64,000 bases of DNA, taken from NCBI GenBank assembly GCA_963514005.1, contig OY740797.1:17422001-17486000 (forward strand). Reading direction: 5' to 3'. Positions 33,333 through 48,118 of this stretch are shown here, one piece after another. A program made the position numbers and the translations under genes. Position 1 is the first letter of the stretch. The number at the start of each line of letters is the position of its first letter. Under the pieces are notes generated by a model. The model had not been told where the DNA came from, did no database searches, and worked only from the letters and a program-made list of their open reading frames with translations. The stretch comes from Raja brachyura. Taxonomy: Eukaryota.

Positions 33333-34100
33333 CCACTTAGGCGACTTTAGAGGACTTCTGGAGACTATGCGTCTCCATATGGTCGCCACATGTTCGCGGG
33401 TGGTTGCCGGGGAGTCGCCTTCATGGTCGTGAGGAGTTCCCGCATTCTGGGATCTAGTCGCGGCCTCATTATGGTCGCCGCAAATTTTTCAACGTGTTGA
33501 AAAATTAGCAGCAACTAAATTAAGCCGCCATGGAGAGTAGCGAGAATTCACGTGCCGTAGGTAGGTCGCCAAGAGGTCCTACTGGGTTGCCAGGAGGTTA
33601 AAGGTTCTCGTAGGTTGTAGCCGGCGTTGACCGGTGAATTGCATTGGCTCATTGGGAAAAAAAACGTAAGCAGTAGTTTTCAGAACCAAGGATAACCGAC
33701 CGGTAATGTTAAATGTCCACCGTGCTTCACCGTGCTTCACAGCCGTGTATCTTTGGCTTCTTAAGTTGTCTCTACTCCTTCTCTCACCTTCTCCCCCTTC
33801 TCCCCCCTCTTTTAAAGGACTTACCGTACACTGTGGCTTTAGCCGTCTTAATTACAGCGCCAACCTAGGTGTGTGTCCATATCACCTTGGCTTTGCACAG
33901 TATGAATTTCACTCAGACAGCGCTCCCCCCTCTGGCCCTGTCCCCCACCTGATAACGGGCTGGTGAAGGAAGCGATGTGTGTGTGTGTGTGTGTTCCACT
34001 CTGACAGTCGCCGTTCCAGTTGCCGGTTTTTCAGGCGACTGCTGGAAACTTGACAGTCGCTGGCAGTCGCCTGAAAAATCGCCTAAGTGGGGGACAGGCC
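33333..34100. mobile_element. PIF/Harbinger-like MITE, left end truncated
   Basis: CCACTTAGGCGA (33333-33344) is inverted at TCGCCTAAGTGG (34079-34090), followed by GGGACAGGCC. Many GGTCGCC/GGCGAC sub-repeats; CpG-rich; no ORF. Confidence 0.55.
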
Positions 34101-37100
34101 AATAACTATGGAATCACTTTCTGGAGTAGTCGACCTGAACCCTGACTGCTGGGATGGACTGAGAATTTCAAAGCTTGTCCACAATTTGGGAGCTCCCAGA
34201 CACAAGTCTGGATGGGAAGTGGGATGATGGTTAAAGTGATTTCAGCCTCAATCTTGAAATTACTCTCATACTCTTCACAAAGCTTGCTGTACGAAGCCAT
34301 CACCTCATCTCCTTTGGTACCAGCATTGAACAAAATGTGTTGCATTTATTTAGAGGAACCGACTTACTTGTCACTTATATTTCCTTATTTATTTACTGGG
34401 CACCATGAGCAAGGCCAGCATTTATTCCCCATCCCTCATTGCCCTTGAACTGAGAGACTTGCAGTCAATCCGAGGGCATTCACAAGTTAAGCTCATTGGT
34501 GAGTCTGGAACCAGATACAGTCCTGAGTGGACACAAAATGCAACCGCCCCAGCTCAAAAGGTCAGGTATGAATTCTGGAGATTATAGAGTGATGTTTCAG
34601 GTTGAGACCATTCGTCAGTCTCAACCCAAAACATCACCTATCCATGTCCTTCAGAGATGCTACCTGTCCTGCTGAGTTGTTCGAGCACTTTGTGTCCTTT
34701 AATGTATTAACCAGCATCTGCAGTTCTTTGTTTCTGCACTCCTGAGTGGGTGAGAGGACGGATGACTTGCCCGAAGGGTCTTAGTGAACCAGAATAGGTT
34801 TTACAGCAATTTGGCAGTTTTTGGTCATCGTTAATGATGAGTAGTTTTATATTAGATTCCAGATGATTAATTGAATGTAATTCCACAGCTGTCACACTGG
34901 GGTTTAAACCATTGTCCTGGCCTCTCAGTTATTAGTCCCATAATTTAACCTCTGCACCACCAGATGTATCTGTTCCCAATTATGAAAACCTACGCTGGTC
35001 GCTACCTCTGACTTCATCACTCTCCCTGGCCACAGTCTGAGGCTGAACTTGTCACGACCTTGGTATCACAATGAACTTCCCAGCATGGCCACTGGTAAAC
35101 GGCACATCATGCATGGTTTGATGCATATGTAGCTGCTCTCTTTCCCCCAGTCTCACAATGCTGCAGTCAAGAACCAAACCTATCTGACAATCAGTTAGTA
35201 AAGATATCGTTGACTCCCTTTAGTGTTTCTGCATATTTATTACTTGTGGTCTTTTCTTCTTCTTTTGTCAAACTCTCTCTCCTCCGACAATCTTATTTGG
35301 TCTCTGATCTTTCTCCCTTAATTTTCACTCTGCATATTGGTCTCTCTTTCTCTCCTATCTCCTCATTTCTACGTTTTCTCCATGTCTTACCACCATCTCT
35401 GTTGACCGTTGAGCCATCTCTGAATTGTCTGTAGGTTGAAGAGGTAAAGATTTGCTCCAACCAACTGATGAGAAGATGAAGCTGTGTCCCACAAAAGATT
35501 CTGGTCTCTAGTCACAGTTCCTCTCACTCTCCCTACAGCTGTCGGAGCTGAGCCATGACCTTGTGTTCATAATTGACCTCAAAGTGAGATTCTGGTTTGA
35601 AACGAGTTCCTTCACTAAGGATATATACTTACACCCCCATTGCTATCTCCACCCTTTCCTCGTGTCTTGCCCATGTTTCAGTGCTGTCCTGGCTACCCAT
35701 TTTCCAGCTCTCTTCCAGAACTATAGATTTCCATACAAGTGGTGATGTTAAAAGGTGAGCTTAAATTGCATCAACGTTCAAGATAGTTTAAATGTCAAAT
35801 GTACAGAAACGTAACAGTGAAATTCTTACTTGCAGCAACATAACAAGTCTGTAGATAACAAAAAACACCAAAAACAGTTCAATATTTTTTTTTTAAACTG
35901 CTAGTGCAAAAAGTACAATAGCTCAAAATCTCTATGCAACCAAAACAATTTGTAGTTCAAAGTTTAGTTGTTTTTGTACTGTTCAATGGACTGATGGGTG
36001 TTGGGGAGAACCTGATCCTGAACCCAGAGATCACTGTTTTACATAAAAGATGGAGAATTACTGGACGAACAAGTATTTGCTGATGCTAAACCTCCATACA
36101 TGGTTGGACTAAGCCTTAAAGCACAGAAGTGATTCCACGTTACAGCACCCTTAGTGGGGAACAAGTGACACACTGTAATAACGCATAACGCATCATTTTC
36201 TGTCCACTGGAATTAACAGAGAAAATGAAGGGCTACAAACTCATTTGTTTGTCTTCGGTGTGAAGGATTATGGATTGCATTTGCATTCATGGAGTGAAAT
36301 CGTATATTACCTTCCCTGACAGGTTCTGTGGGGAAGGGCTTATACTTTCATTAATTTCCATCCAGTTTCCATACAATTATTCTTATTATAGCTATATTTT
36401 ATGGAAATATTTTGCCATTAATTCTCAAAAGTATAGTCTACAATGTTGTCCAGTTTTGTTTATGAAAGCTCTCTTGCATCTATCCTGGACAGCTATTTAG
36501 ATTAGTTGTTTTTATTTTACTGTCCTGGATTTATTGAAGCACGGGCAGGGTTAGGCACAACTCCGGATCATGGGAAAGGCTCGAATGTGAGATTTTACAT
36601 CGGAGATGTGTCACTGCATTTTGCAGAGAGGTTCTGAAGGGAACAGGTTCGTATTTCACAATGCTCTCACTGTGAAACCAGATCCACTGGCATTCCAGGG
36701 GAAATACACGACATCTTTGATAATAGGAGATTTAAATGTCAGGGAAAGGTGATAGGTGACAAAATATAATATTAATTGGTAGGCCTGGTCAGAAATACCC
36801 CGAGGCACACTAACAGGTGGGGTCTCCCGACCCAGTACAATAACACCTTGAAATCAAAACCGTCACACATGATTTTACCCCTGGGATTATTACCCCTGTA
36901 AAACGGTTAAACCCCATTCACAACACCACTCTGGAATAGCACTTTACTCACGCACACCAACACATGTTTTCACCCTGAGATCATAGCTTCTGTAAGGTCA
37001 AACCAAAATCTGACCTACATGCATACTCAGAACTTCCTGAGCAGTCTCAGCCTGTGTTGCACACTGACCCACAGAATCACACAGCCATGAGAACCCACAT

Positions 37101-39214
37101 ACCTTTTACACTCTGTCATTGCAGCATCATGCAGATCGCAAGGTGAGGGCACACCGCTACACAAATCACAACCAGAGGTCAAGAACCCCACCATCAATCA
37201 CGTCCTAAGGTCATCTCACCATGCACAGTCAAACCTGATATTGCAACCACATGCAATCAATCACTCGTACAGAATGCACGTCACAGATACAACAATGTCT
37301 TCAATTAGCTAATGGCGAGTTAACCACCACATGCAATTGCATATGATGCAAGGGAATCTTTAAATGAGTGTGATTAGATTCACCATGGAAAAATCTTTTA
37401 AGGGGTAGGTAAAAAATCAAGAGTCAAGAGTATTTAGTTGTCATATCTGTGTGGTGGGAGGCGAATTGCAGTGTGAATCCATTCCTGATTGCATAATCTA
37501 GGCCATCATACCTGCACTACTTATTATGACCGCATTTTGTTAGACTTGAATGTAAGAGATCTGGTCCTCGGTAAATTGAGGACTTCCTGCTGCAACCAAG
37601 GCATCCAAGAGTGTGACTGGGCTGGATACGAGGGAATTATTGAATGATTATTTAGCTGGGAGTAAGTCGTTATGATTAGTGGAGATGGTGAAGAAATTAG
37701 CAAATTAATATGATAGATGTGAATTGATCATTGAACATCAGACAAAATTGATGGGAGTGGATTGTCTTTGATCCACCTCTCTCCTCCCCCATGTGCCACG
37801 CTACCCCCAGGGCCATGGGTACCTTTTGCAGTCTAACCGATTCAACCATCTCCAGACCTTAAGAAACACGTGAAAACTGAGCCTTAAGTCCCAGAACCTG
37901 AGACGCTAACTCCAGATTACCCTAATGGCATTTTGACAACTTTTGCTACCACTAGCCATTTAACTGGTATTTAATATCCCTAATGATAAAAAATATTTTA
38001 AAAACTGTCCCAATGGATTAAAATACCTAAAATAAAAATTAAAAGCAAATGTACTTGTGAACACAATGATATAAATTCATTAAAAACATTACCATTGAGT
38101 AAAAGATAAAAGGAGGAGCAAGCAATTTATATACAATATGATAGAACGATAGAATATGCACATGCCTTTTCAGTCATGTGACTGGTATAAAACTGAGGAG
38201 CCAAGTATGGTATGTAATCATTCTCCTCGGTTCAGGCCATTGTGTTCCACACTGAGATTGGGAATCAGATGTTCCAGGACCTGACCTCCTCCAATGTGGT
38301 AGAATGTACAGACATGGAAGTTAAGGACATGTTGCCCTCAAAGTACATCTTGTCATCTTTCTTTACCAAGCTACCAGCAAGGAATACGTGTGTCTGATCT
38401 GATCAGATGTGAATGAACTATTGGATGACTGTGATTCATTTTGTCACGATAGATTGAGTATTCTTGTATGTTTGAATAGCATCAGTTGGAAAGGATATGC
38501 ATCTTACTGGTATTTGTCTCGGAGTACCCAATGGTTGCACCGCTTCGTGGAATTGTCTGGGAATGGCCCAACATTTATTGACTTTGCATCAATAAATCTA
38601 TCAACGTTAATGTGAAATATACATCCTTTAATATTGTGTTTCTACAACTTAAATCATATCTACTGCTAGTGCAGGGTATGTAAAATAAATTACATAGAAT
38701 CTATGCACAGCATAATGAACACATAATTGAAATCTTCGCAGCACAATACCTATTGTCATTTAAAAATGCCTCACCCTGGCCTCGTCAGACTTTCAGTGAC
38801 AATAAGAGCAATTCTTTTTGACGTGCGAAAATAGGTAGATGCTTCCTCTATAGAAAGGTGGAAAGATCTAGCCAGGAAAATATCCTCATTGAGTTCATTG
38901 TGTGTGGTTAAGTAGTACCCCCGTCCAATCTGAGAAGTTAATTATTGTTATTCACAGATGGCACACTGAGATCAATGGGGAGTTAATTGGCCTTAAATAT
39001 AGAAAGCAACCTCCACCCCTGTGGTGACCATGCAGATGAACATTTCCACTTGCAGCGAGAGAGTTCATCTCCCCTGCATCCGCCTGCGCTGCAGAAAATC
39101 AAAAAACATATATGCATGCCTAACCTGCATTTCCCCCATGAGTATTGAAGGCCCAGAAGTGAAAGCTTTTCTTAATGTGATAGCGTGGCCAACTCATCGG
39201 ACCAAAAAGGCTGA

Positions 39215-39750
39215 ATATAGACACAAAAAGCTAAATCAGCAGGTCGGGCAGCATCTCGGGAGAAAAGGAATAGGTGAAGACCCTTCTTCAGACTAACAGT
39301 CAGGGGAAAGGGGAAAAATAGATATAGACGGTGATGTAGAGAGATATAGAACAAATGAATGAAAGATATGCAAAAAAGCAATGATGATCAAGTAAAGGTG
39401 GAGCCCACAATGGTCCATTGTTAGCTGTGGGCTAGGTGATAACGAGTTATATAGACAATGAAACTCAACATGATGGCAGTGAAACTAGTAGGACGACTAG
39501 GGTGGGGGAGAGATGTAGCGAGAGAGGGTGCAAGGGTTAGAGAAGTTGAAGTTAGAGAAATTAATATTCATACTGCTGGGTTGTAAGCTGCCCAAGCAAA
39601 TTATGAGGTGCAGTTCCTCCAATTTGCCTCACTCTGACAATAGAGGAGCCCCAGGACAGAAGGGTCAGTATTGGAATGGGAACGCATAAGCTAAGACAGA
39701 CGGATCGAAAGTGTTCAGCAAAACAATCGCCTAGTCTATGCTTGGTTCAG
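39215..39750 (-). mobile_element. Penelope-like element fragment
   Basis: Terminal-repeat unit followed by GTTAGAGAAATTAATATTCATAC..GGGTTGTAAGCTGCCCAAGC..ATGAGGTGCAGTTCCTCCAATTTGC, also seen at 55010-55090. Confidence 0.65.
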
Positions 39751-40240
39751 TGAAATGATCGCCCAAATGGCTATCAGTTTTAGAACATAGAACAGTATAG
39801 CACAGAAACAAGCTCTTCAGCCCATCATGTCTGCACTGATCATGTTGCTAATCTAACTCATTCAATAAGGCTGCACATGGTCCCTATCCCTCCATTCCCT
39901 GCCTGTCTAAATCCTTCATAAATGGTGTTAACGAGTCTGGTATTTTTATACCATTCAATCAACACAGAGTGCATGTGGCCCTCACAACAAAATGGGAAGC
40001 TCATCTTTACAATGGTTGGAAATAACTCGCTAAACACTCACGTTTCACTATTTCTGTTAGCCAGTTGAATGTTTTAAATCAATGTTTATGTTAATTGCAT
40101 TGTTAGGAGCAACTCTCTGTGAAAAGTATATTATTCATAATAGAATTCCAATTACGGGCACTTCTCTGGAGATATTTCATCGCTTTGTATGCGTCCTTGA
40201 ACTGTCTTTCACTTACAGTGCAGTTGAGTACTCCTTGTAA

Positions 40241-40390
<150 letters not shown>

Positions 40391-40619
40391 TGAGCCTAGT
40401 TACTACTCTAGTCTAGTGTGGAGTCGCATTGTGGTTTCTTCCTGTCACATCAATGGTACTATAACCAACTAGAATGGATTAGATATGAGGGAATCATAGA
40501 CTGTGAATGTACTTAACATGAAGATTATAATTAATACAAAACACATCTGTAATAGGAGTGGCTTGTTCATTTTGCTGTTACCTTGGTGACAACATACGAT
40601 ACAGTACTTAATGCTGACC

Positions 40620-41610
40620 TAACAGGTGGCAAAGAATTCCACAGATTCACCATCCTCTGACTAAATAAATTGTTGCTCATCTCCTTCTTAAAGAACGTAC
40701 TTTAATTCTGAAGCTATGACCTGTAGTCCTAGACTCTCCCACTAGTGGAAACATCCTCTCCACATCCACTCTATCCAAGCCTTTCATTATTCTGTTTGTT
40801 TCAATGAGGTCCCCCCCCTCATTCTTCTAAACTCCAGCGAGTACAGGCCCAGTGCCGTCAAACACTCATCATATGTTAACCTACTCATTCCTGGGATCAT
40901 TCGTGTAAACCTTCACTGGACCGTCTCCAGATCCAGCATATCCTTCCTCAGATATGGTGCCCAAAATTGTTCACAATATTCTAAATACGGCCTTATAGAG
41001 CCTCAGCATTACATCTCTAACTTACTCTCCTCTCTTACCTCCCTTTGTATTGTCAGCACATTTGACTACTATACACTGAGTGCCTTCATCTCCGTCATTA
41101 ATAGAGATCGTAAATAATGAATGCCCCAGCACTAACCTGGCACCCCACCAGTTGCGGTCGACAAATCTGAAAATGACCCATTTATCCTGACTTTCTGATT
41201 TCTGTTCATGGCCGAGCCACTTTCTGTACTAATATATTGCCTTGAGCTCTAACCTTACATGATTAACTTTATACAACACCTTAATTAATGCCTTCTGGGA
41301 TGCAAGAATATTACATCTGCTGGTGGTTTAACTCAGCATGCCCACTACATTCTCCAAGAATGCTAATAAATCTGATAGACCTGATTTCCCCTTTCCTAAA
41401 ACCAAGTTGACTTTGTTTGATCATGTTATAATTTTCAAAATATACTGCATATACTTCCATTTTAATAGATTCCAGCATTCTCACAATGATAGATGTTAGA
41501 CTGGCTGGCCTATCATTTCCAGCTTTCCGTCTCTGACCTTTCTTCAATAAGGATGTTACATTTTTGACTCTCTGAACCTTTCTGCAATCTGGAGGATTTT
41601 GGAAGATCAG
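40620..41610 (-). mobile_element. CR1-type LINE fragments
   Basis: Minus-strand remnants such as NVTSLLKKG..KAGNDRPASLTSIIVRMLESI (ORF 41311..41634) and a CR1 3' ORF2 segment at 40620-41010. Confidence 0.7.
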
Positions 41611-42604
41611 ACCGGATGAAGCTGCTGTGTCCACAGCCCCTTTTTGTCAGCCTGAGATGCAAGTCTTCATACCATCATTTTGCCCACCGATTGTGTCTCC
41701 AATGAGTATGATTGCCCTCTTTTTCAGTTTCAAAATCAACTTCTATTATTGGGATTCTTTTATAGTCTTCCATCTATAAAGACAGATACTAAATATTTGT
41801 TCAAAGTTTCTATCATCTTTTTTATTTTTCATTACTAATTCCCCAATTTCAACCTCTGAGAGACCAAAGTTCACTTTTAGAACTCTCTTACTTTTTATCT
41901 ACTTGTGGAAATTCCTACTGTCCATTTTCATATTTCTTTCTCGCTTACTCACTAATCAGTTTCTATCTTCTTTATATTGGTTTCATCATCAGGCTTTTTG
42001 GCTATTTTCTAATTCTTCTAAATCTTTTGGTTTTCCACTAATGTTTGCAATTTGTTATGCCTTTTGTTTTGATTTCATATCACCTGCAGCATTCTTAACT
42101 TGATTATCCTTCTCATTGAGTCTTTATTTATTTAATTGAGAAGTATGAAATAAGTCCTTAAATGTCTGCCACCCCTTCACCTTTTAAACTGGGTTATTAC
42201 AAGCAATGGAGGGATTTCAGCTCAAGCCAGTACCTTATCATTGTACCTACCTGGGCTCTATATTGCAGAACAGTGGTAGAACCAGCATCTTGTAGAACTG
42301 TTTCACATAGGAGCTGATCAGTTGAACACACAAGATAATGGAAGTGTCAGACCATTCAGATGTTCTCTGGAGATGGAGGGCCTCACAAAGGGGCTGGTGT
42401 GTCAGACTTTTCCATTCCCCAGGATCTGATTCGCATCTCAAAAGATTTTTCAGTTCATTACGTGATTTATTTTAAAGATGTGATTACGTAGTTTTCTGAG
42501 AGATAGTTTAGATGCCAGTTCACTGGAAACGATGCACCTCGTGGGAGCTGGAGAATTTCGGTAATTAGCCTCTACGGGCACAGTCAGACCACAGAGTTTT
42601 GATT

Positions 42605-42780
42605 AAGAAAAAACTGCAGATGCTGGTTTAAATCAAAGGTCGACACAAAATGCTGCAGTAACTCAGCGGTACAGGCAGCATCTCTGGAGAGAAAGAATGG
42701 GCGACGTTTCGGAACGTTGCCCATTCTTTCTCTCCAGAGATGCTGCCTGACCCGCTGAGTTACTCCAGCATTTTGTGTTT
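42605..42780. repeat. Palindromic Penelope-type terminal-repeat insertion
   Basis: Arms ~42643-42708 and ~42713-42777 are inverted. Flanked by ACAGAGTTTTGATT (42591) and ACAAAGTTTTGATT (42781). Confidence 0.8.
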
Positions 42781-44024
42781 ACAAAGTTTTGATTGTTAAC
42801 CTTTTAAAACGCTACCAATGATTTAATATAAAAGATCAATATTTACATTTTGAAACTACATTTTTTTCCCATTAGAAAAGATAATTGCAAATCGAGGGAG
42901 ATAAATTAAACTGGTGTATATAAATTCTGCACTTCCATACACAGTTTGAAATACAGTTGTATTAGTCCATTATTAACAAGGAGTTACTGTACATTATGTG
43001 CCCAGACCAGTATGTAATATTCTCTGCCTGTGCAAGTTCCCTCAAATCTGGACTTACACTAATACTCCCTCTTAACATAAAAAAATGTTTGTGCCCTCAA
43101 TTTTGTACCCACTCTAATCCTGTGGCCAACAACTACCATTTAACTTGAGATTAGTGTACAGTTCATGCCCATGTCTGGTCATCTGATTAAGACCCACAAG
43201 CTTGTACCCAAATCTGTAAGCAGTATTTAACACTATGTTATTGGCAGTGTACCTGGCACTCATGGTTGTCAGCCTGAGCCATTATATGAGTGACTGTATA
43301 TTGAGTAAACAGCATACTGATGCTCATTCCATTCCATATATTTAGCCATTGGAGTGAAATATTTGTAATTACTATTCCATTACCACTGCCCCAGTGCAAC
43401 TCACACCCTCCGTACCCAATGAATGACTAGAGTGCCAGGCTCCATCTGTGTTTTTTTTAATCAGTAAAGAACTCTAAACCATTAATAAACCTCTTCAAAA
43501 CCTGTAGTTTATAAAGAGACATTGGTTTGTCTAAAAGAGATACAGCTGGAATCAACAGCACAGTGGAAGGACACACCACCCATCTGATCCACATGGGTGT
43601 TAATGTTTCTCACAAACCTCTCCCTTTTCTGTCAACCCATTCAGTGCTGATTTATCATCTAATCTCCACTTAAATGTATCTCAACTATTTTATATCCACC
43701 CAAATTCAAACCACATTCTGGGTAAAGATGTTTACATATTAATGACCCTTAGTTTTTGGATTCTCCCCACATCCATACATTTGCTCCACCCAGTCAAAAC
43801 CTACACATGTTCTGAAGAATGGTCTAAAGAAAGGTCCCGACCTGAAACGTCACTCATTCTTTTTCTCCAGCAATCTGCCTGACCCGCTGAGTTACTCCAG
43901 CACTTTGTGTCTATCCTCGGTATGTTCAGCTCTTTCCCAAGGCTGGGTTACAACTGTTTGCAAAATGCTTAAAAGTGAAGTCAGCCACTGCATCCCATTA
44001 AAGAAAGTGATTACTTTTTTGCAG

Positions 44025-44154
44025 GCTGTTTGATGTGGGAGGTCAAAGATCAGAGAGAAAGAAGTGGATCCATTGCTTTGAAGATGTGACCGCGATTATT
44101 TTCTGCGTGGCACTGAGTGGCTACGACCAAGTACTTCATGAGGATGAGACCACG
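44025..44154 (+). CDS. GNAO1: G protein alpha-o, exon 6 (130 bp)
   Basis: TTTTTTGCAG acceptor and GTGAGT donor. Encodes (R)[43 protein letters not shown] with the G3 box DVGGQ and the Go-type CFED/LHEDETT. Confidence 0.98.
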
Positions 44155-47100
44155 GTGAGTAGGGCTGAGGAAGCAATGCCAAACTGATGCCCAATGTGTG
44201 GCCTGGCAGATCATGGGATGTCAATGTGCATCCGATCAGGCACGTGGATTAGAACCCAGGTATAATCATGGGTTCGCTGATGTGTATGTGTGTGTGTGTG
44301 TGAGAGTGTGTATGATCAGTACATCAATGTTCTCAAGTAGAAATGTGAGTAAAACCATAGGAATGAAACTAAAATTAATATTGCCTCTTTGTGTAGAGGG
44401 CCTGATGACTTTTTTTGGGAAACTTATTAGAGGGGAGGTGATTCCTCTTAATTTATTGAATTTTAACAGTATAATTTGCATTTAATACATTAAATTTTAA
44501 AATGGTGAAAGTCCAGTGAGATGTGGATTGCTGCCTCTGCTGTTGTCCGTGAAATACCGAGTACACGTAATGCTGTTTATCTTGTGTTTTTAATGTTATC
44601 CATCTCTCAGGATGGTGCTGCCTCAGGTTTGACTACTTTATTTCTGGTTAAATATGTTGCTCTTCACGTATTGATGTTAAGGAAAATCTTTCGTTTCTTG
44701 ATGCACTGCTGATCAGTATTTTCTCTTGAAAGTTTTTCACATTTTTAATGTAATGATGAAAATGGCAAAAAAAGAAAGAAATATAATGGATTTTATATTT
44801 ACGTTTTAAAATGGAGCTTCATGTAGTCAGTGTTGTTGAGTTGTACAGGCATCTGTTTAGTGGCTCTTGCGCCTATTATAATTCTATTTCAAGATCCTCA
44901 AACATATTCAATCGAGCCTTCACTAATTTAAAAAGAAATTATTGCCTGAAAAAAAATTGTACTTTTGTAAATACACTTGCAGGATATCGAAAGCAGCTGA
45001 CATGAAAGAGTAGATAAGACAATCATGAAAAAGATATTACCATCTAATTTCCCCTTCATTTTTCTGCCTTTAAAACACTTCTGGACTATGAACTAATTAT
45101 TACGATTCTAGGAGTTGTAAACTAACAGTTTTGCTTCCTGGTTGAAAGTAGAAGTTTAATAGGGAATAGACATAAAAAGCTGGAGTAATTCAGTGGGACA
45201 GGCAGCATCTCTGGAGAGAAGAAATGGGAGGTGTTTTGTAATAGTCCTTCTTCCAGAAATAATCGAAAGTTGGCAATGGTTGTTGCCAGGTTGCCCAACA
45301 TGATTCCCACACACAAACTGGACTGTATAATGAGTTATTGATGCATTGTAGAGTTTCCCTCCAGAAGACAGGACACAACTTCATGTTACCATTCTGCGCC
45401 CTATCTTAAAATTATGATCAAAGCACAGAGATCCAGTGATTTTCACTCATTCGTTGTGACGGTCAGCTATGCGTTTTTAACTAGATGCTGTGTGCTCCCC
45501 ATACAATTTGAATCTAACCACCACATAGGACAACATTTTCAAGTCAAGTCAAGAGTCAAGAGAGTTTATTGCCATGTGTCCCAGATAGGACAATGAAATT
45601 CTTGCTTGTAGCAGCACAACAGAATATAGTAGGCATAAATACAGATCAGACCAGTGTGTCCATATACCATAGAATATATATATACACACACATAAATAAA
45701 CAGATAAAGTGCAATAGGCTGTTATAGTTCAGAGTTTGTTTGAATTTGTGTTTAATAGTTGATGGCTATGGGGAAAAAGCTGTTCCTGAACCTGGAAGTT
45801 GCAGATTACAACGGTGTTTCAATGGAAGAGTATTTTGGGGATGGTGATTGCAACTCCATAAGTTTTAAGATTGTTTTGAATAGGATGTGTGGACCTTGTG
45901 GGAAGGTAAGGCAAATAATAACGTTGTGAGGCAGGTGCTCGGAAGGGTACATTGGTAGCAGTTGTTAATGGGTAGGTCCACATCTGACAGGTGAGAATCA
46001 TTTAAAGGCCTGTGATTCAAAGTTCATGTCCGACATGTCCCAGTAAGGAGGAGGGATAAGGACGAGTTTCTTTATTTAAAACAAAATAAAGGAAATCTTT
46101 TATTTCAGATTTGGTCAAAATCTGAAATAAAATTATAGAAAGATCCAAGAGGTTGTGTTTATTAAGAATGCTCCCTGAAACGTTTTATGCATTACAACTA
46201 TAAGGTAGCAAACTGGATGTCTGTGACATTGTTTATTTGCTGCAAAACAGCCATGCAGTGTATCTCGTATCCATTCCGGTTCACTACAGGAATACCGAGC
46301 ATGCCCATGCTTACAGGTAAATTTAAAGAAACATGACAAAGTAGTGCTCCTTCATCAGGAGGGTGTGATCGTGGCATTTTGTTTAAGTATAATTCCTACC
46401 AGAAAAGTATTCAGTACTGTAGGTAATAGGGGGAATTCTGACAAAGTTATCTTTATGCACACTTACTGATTGCATTCAGTGCTTCCTGCATGGGTCTGCT
46501 TGAAATATTCAAATGATCTCTGTGAACATGCTGTTCAAATCCTATCTCCTCTGACTATGTGATTGTTCTGTCCAAATGCATGTGTGAGATCAGTCGGGGT
46601 TGTAGCAAGGATTTCCAGCTTCATCTCCCTTAAAGGCAATGTTGGTATGTAAAATAGCAAATAGATGCAAAATGGACTTTTGCACCGTTCAAGTACAATG
46701 TGGTGAAGTAGAATGGTATTATTTTTGAAACGCGTTAATTTTATGGTGTAAGTTACATAACTTATATTATATATTTTATATGAGAAACCTCCAGAAGTAA
46801 AATGTAATCAAAGTATGGTCCTTGTTTGAACATTCAATGGTTTCTGCCTAAATTCCACACAATTCATGATGTAAAGTGACAGCTCTCGGGCACACTGTGC
46901 AGGTTATTTTGGATTGCACTGTGGCGTATCAGTGCGGTGTCGCGAGCTGTGTGACCATCCCATGACTCTGGGTGTGCTTCGTCCTCCTTTTGTCTGCTCT
47001 CTGGTATCACGACCCAGGGGAAGGAGGTGACCCCTGCAGCTACAGCCTCGTGCTACGGCCTCTTGACACCGCCCACCACCGGCTGAATGTTGCAGACAAA

Positions 47101-47856
47101 TGCTAATAATGAGATTTTGAGAGAACAACCCAAATTGGCAGGTATGAAGCTTCTCTTGACCAAGAATTGAAAGCAGCAGTGTGACCTCTGGCCTGGATTT
47201 TGTTGGGTACACTTTCCATCACCCTGTCCCTTTCGAAGGCTTGCAGACCTTCACCAAATTGGTCATTTACTCTGCCTTACTGCTCGTTCTGTAAAATGGC
47301 ATGTTCTTATGGGATCACATTTTGGCGAGAGACAAATATCTCTGTGAGCTGATACGGTGCTATTCAGTCACCTCATAAAAATCTTTGTTCCTTCTCTCTG
47401 GCCTATTCTTCACCACTTTCAAGTCAATACCACAACAAAGTTTCAGAGGTCAAGAAGAGGTTAACCACTGACTGTTTTCAAGTCTAGATTAATTCAAGGA
47501 TCTCTCGACATCCTGGGTTAATGTATCCAATTAATGTTTGCCACTGCGCTCTGGTTACAAGTCTCTGCATGGATTTTGAACCTAGAGATAGAGAAAGGCA
47601 GCAAGTCTTTGGCTTTAGTTTACCAGTACATGCATGATGCATGAATTATATCATTTATAATTATTTGACTTTAAAAGGAATAAAGTCTTGCAGCATAGCA
47701 TTGTGTAAAATTTCAAAGTAGCAGTGACCTTCCATAATTAACGTGCATTTAATGTGTAATTGTAAAATTATACCTTTGCTCAGCTGCCAAGATAGAAATG
47801 TCGCAGTTTGATTGCAAGCATTTGGTATAACCATGGGTTGATTCTTTCTATTGCAG

Positions 47857-48010
47857 AATCGCATGCAAGAGTCACTGAAGTTATTCGACAGTATCTGTAA
47901 CAACAAATGGTTTACAGACACTTCCATCATCCTTTTCCTTAACAAGATGGACATATTCGAGTCAAAAATTAAGAAATCACCACTAACTATCTGCTTCCCC
48001 GAATACCCAG
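47857..48010 (+). CDS. GNAO1: G protein alpha-o, alternative exon 7B (Go2/GoB type, 154 bp)
   Basis: TTCTTTCTATTGCAG acceptor and GTAACA donor. Encodes [51 protein letters not shown](G). Confidence 0.95.
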
Positions 48011-48118
48011 GTAACATGACCACAGCCAGATCGCTAGGGATGGAATTGGGTGGGCTGGGAGAACAGAGGTTTATAAAAATCATTTGTTAATTTATTTGAA
48101 CTTATTTGGCTTAATATA

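Noticed and set aside
47941-47952. NKMD instead of NKKD as a sign that exon 7B is dead
   Set aside because: The G4 motif is NKxD with a variable third residue; frame and splice sites are intact.
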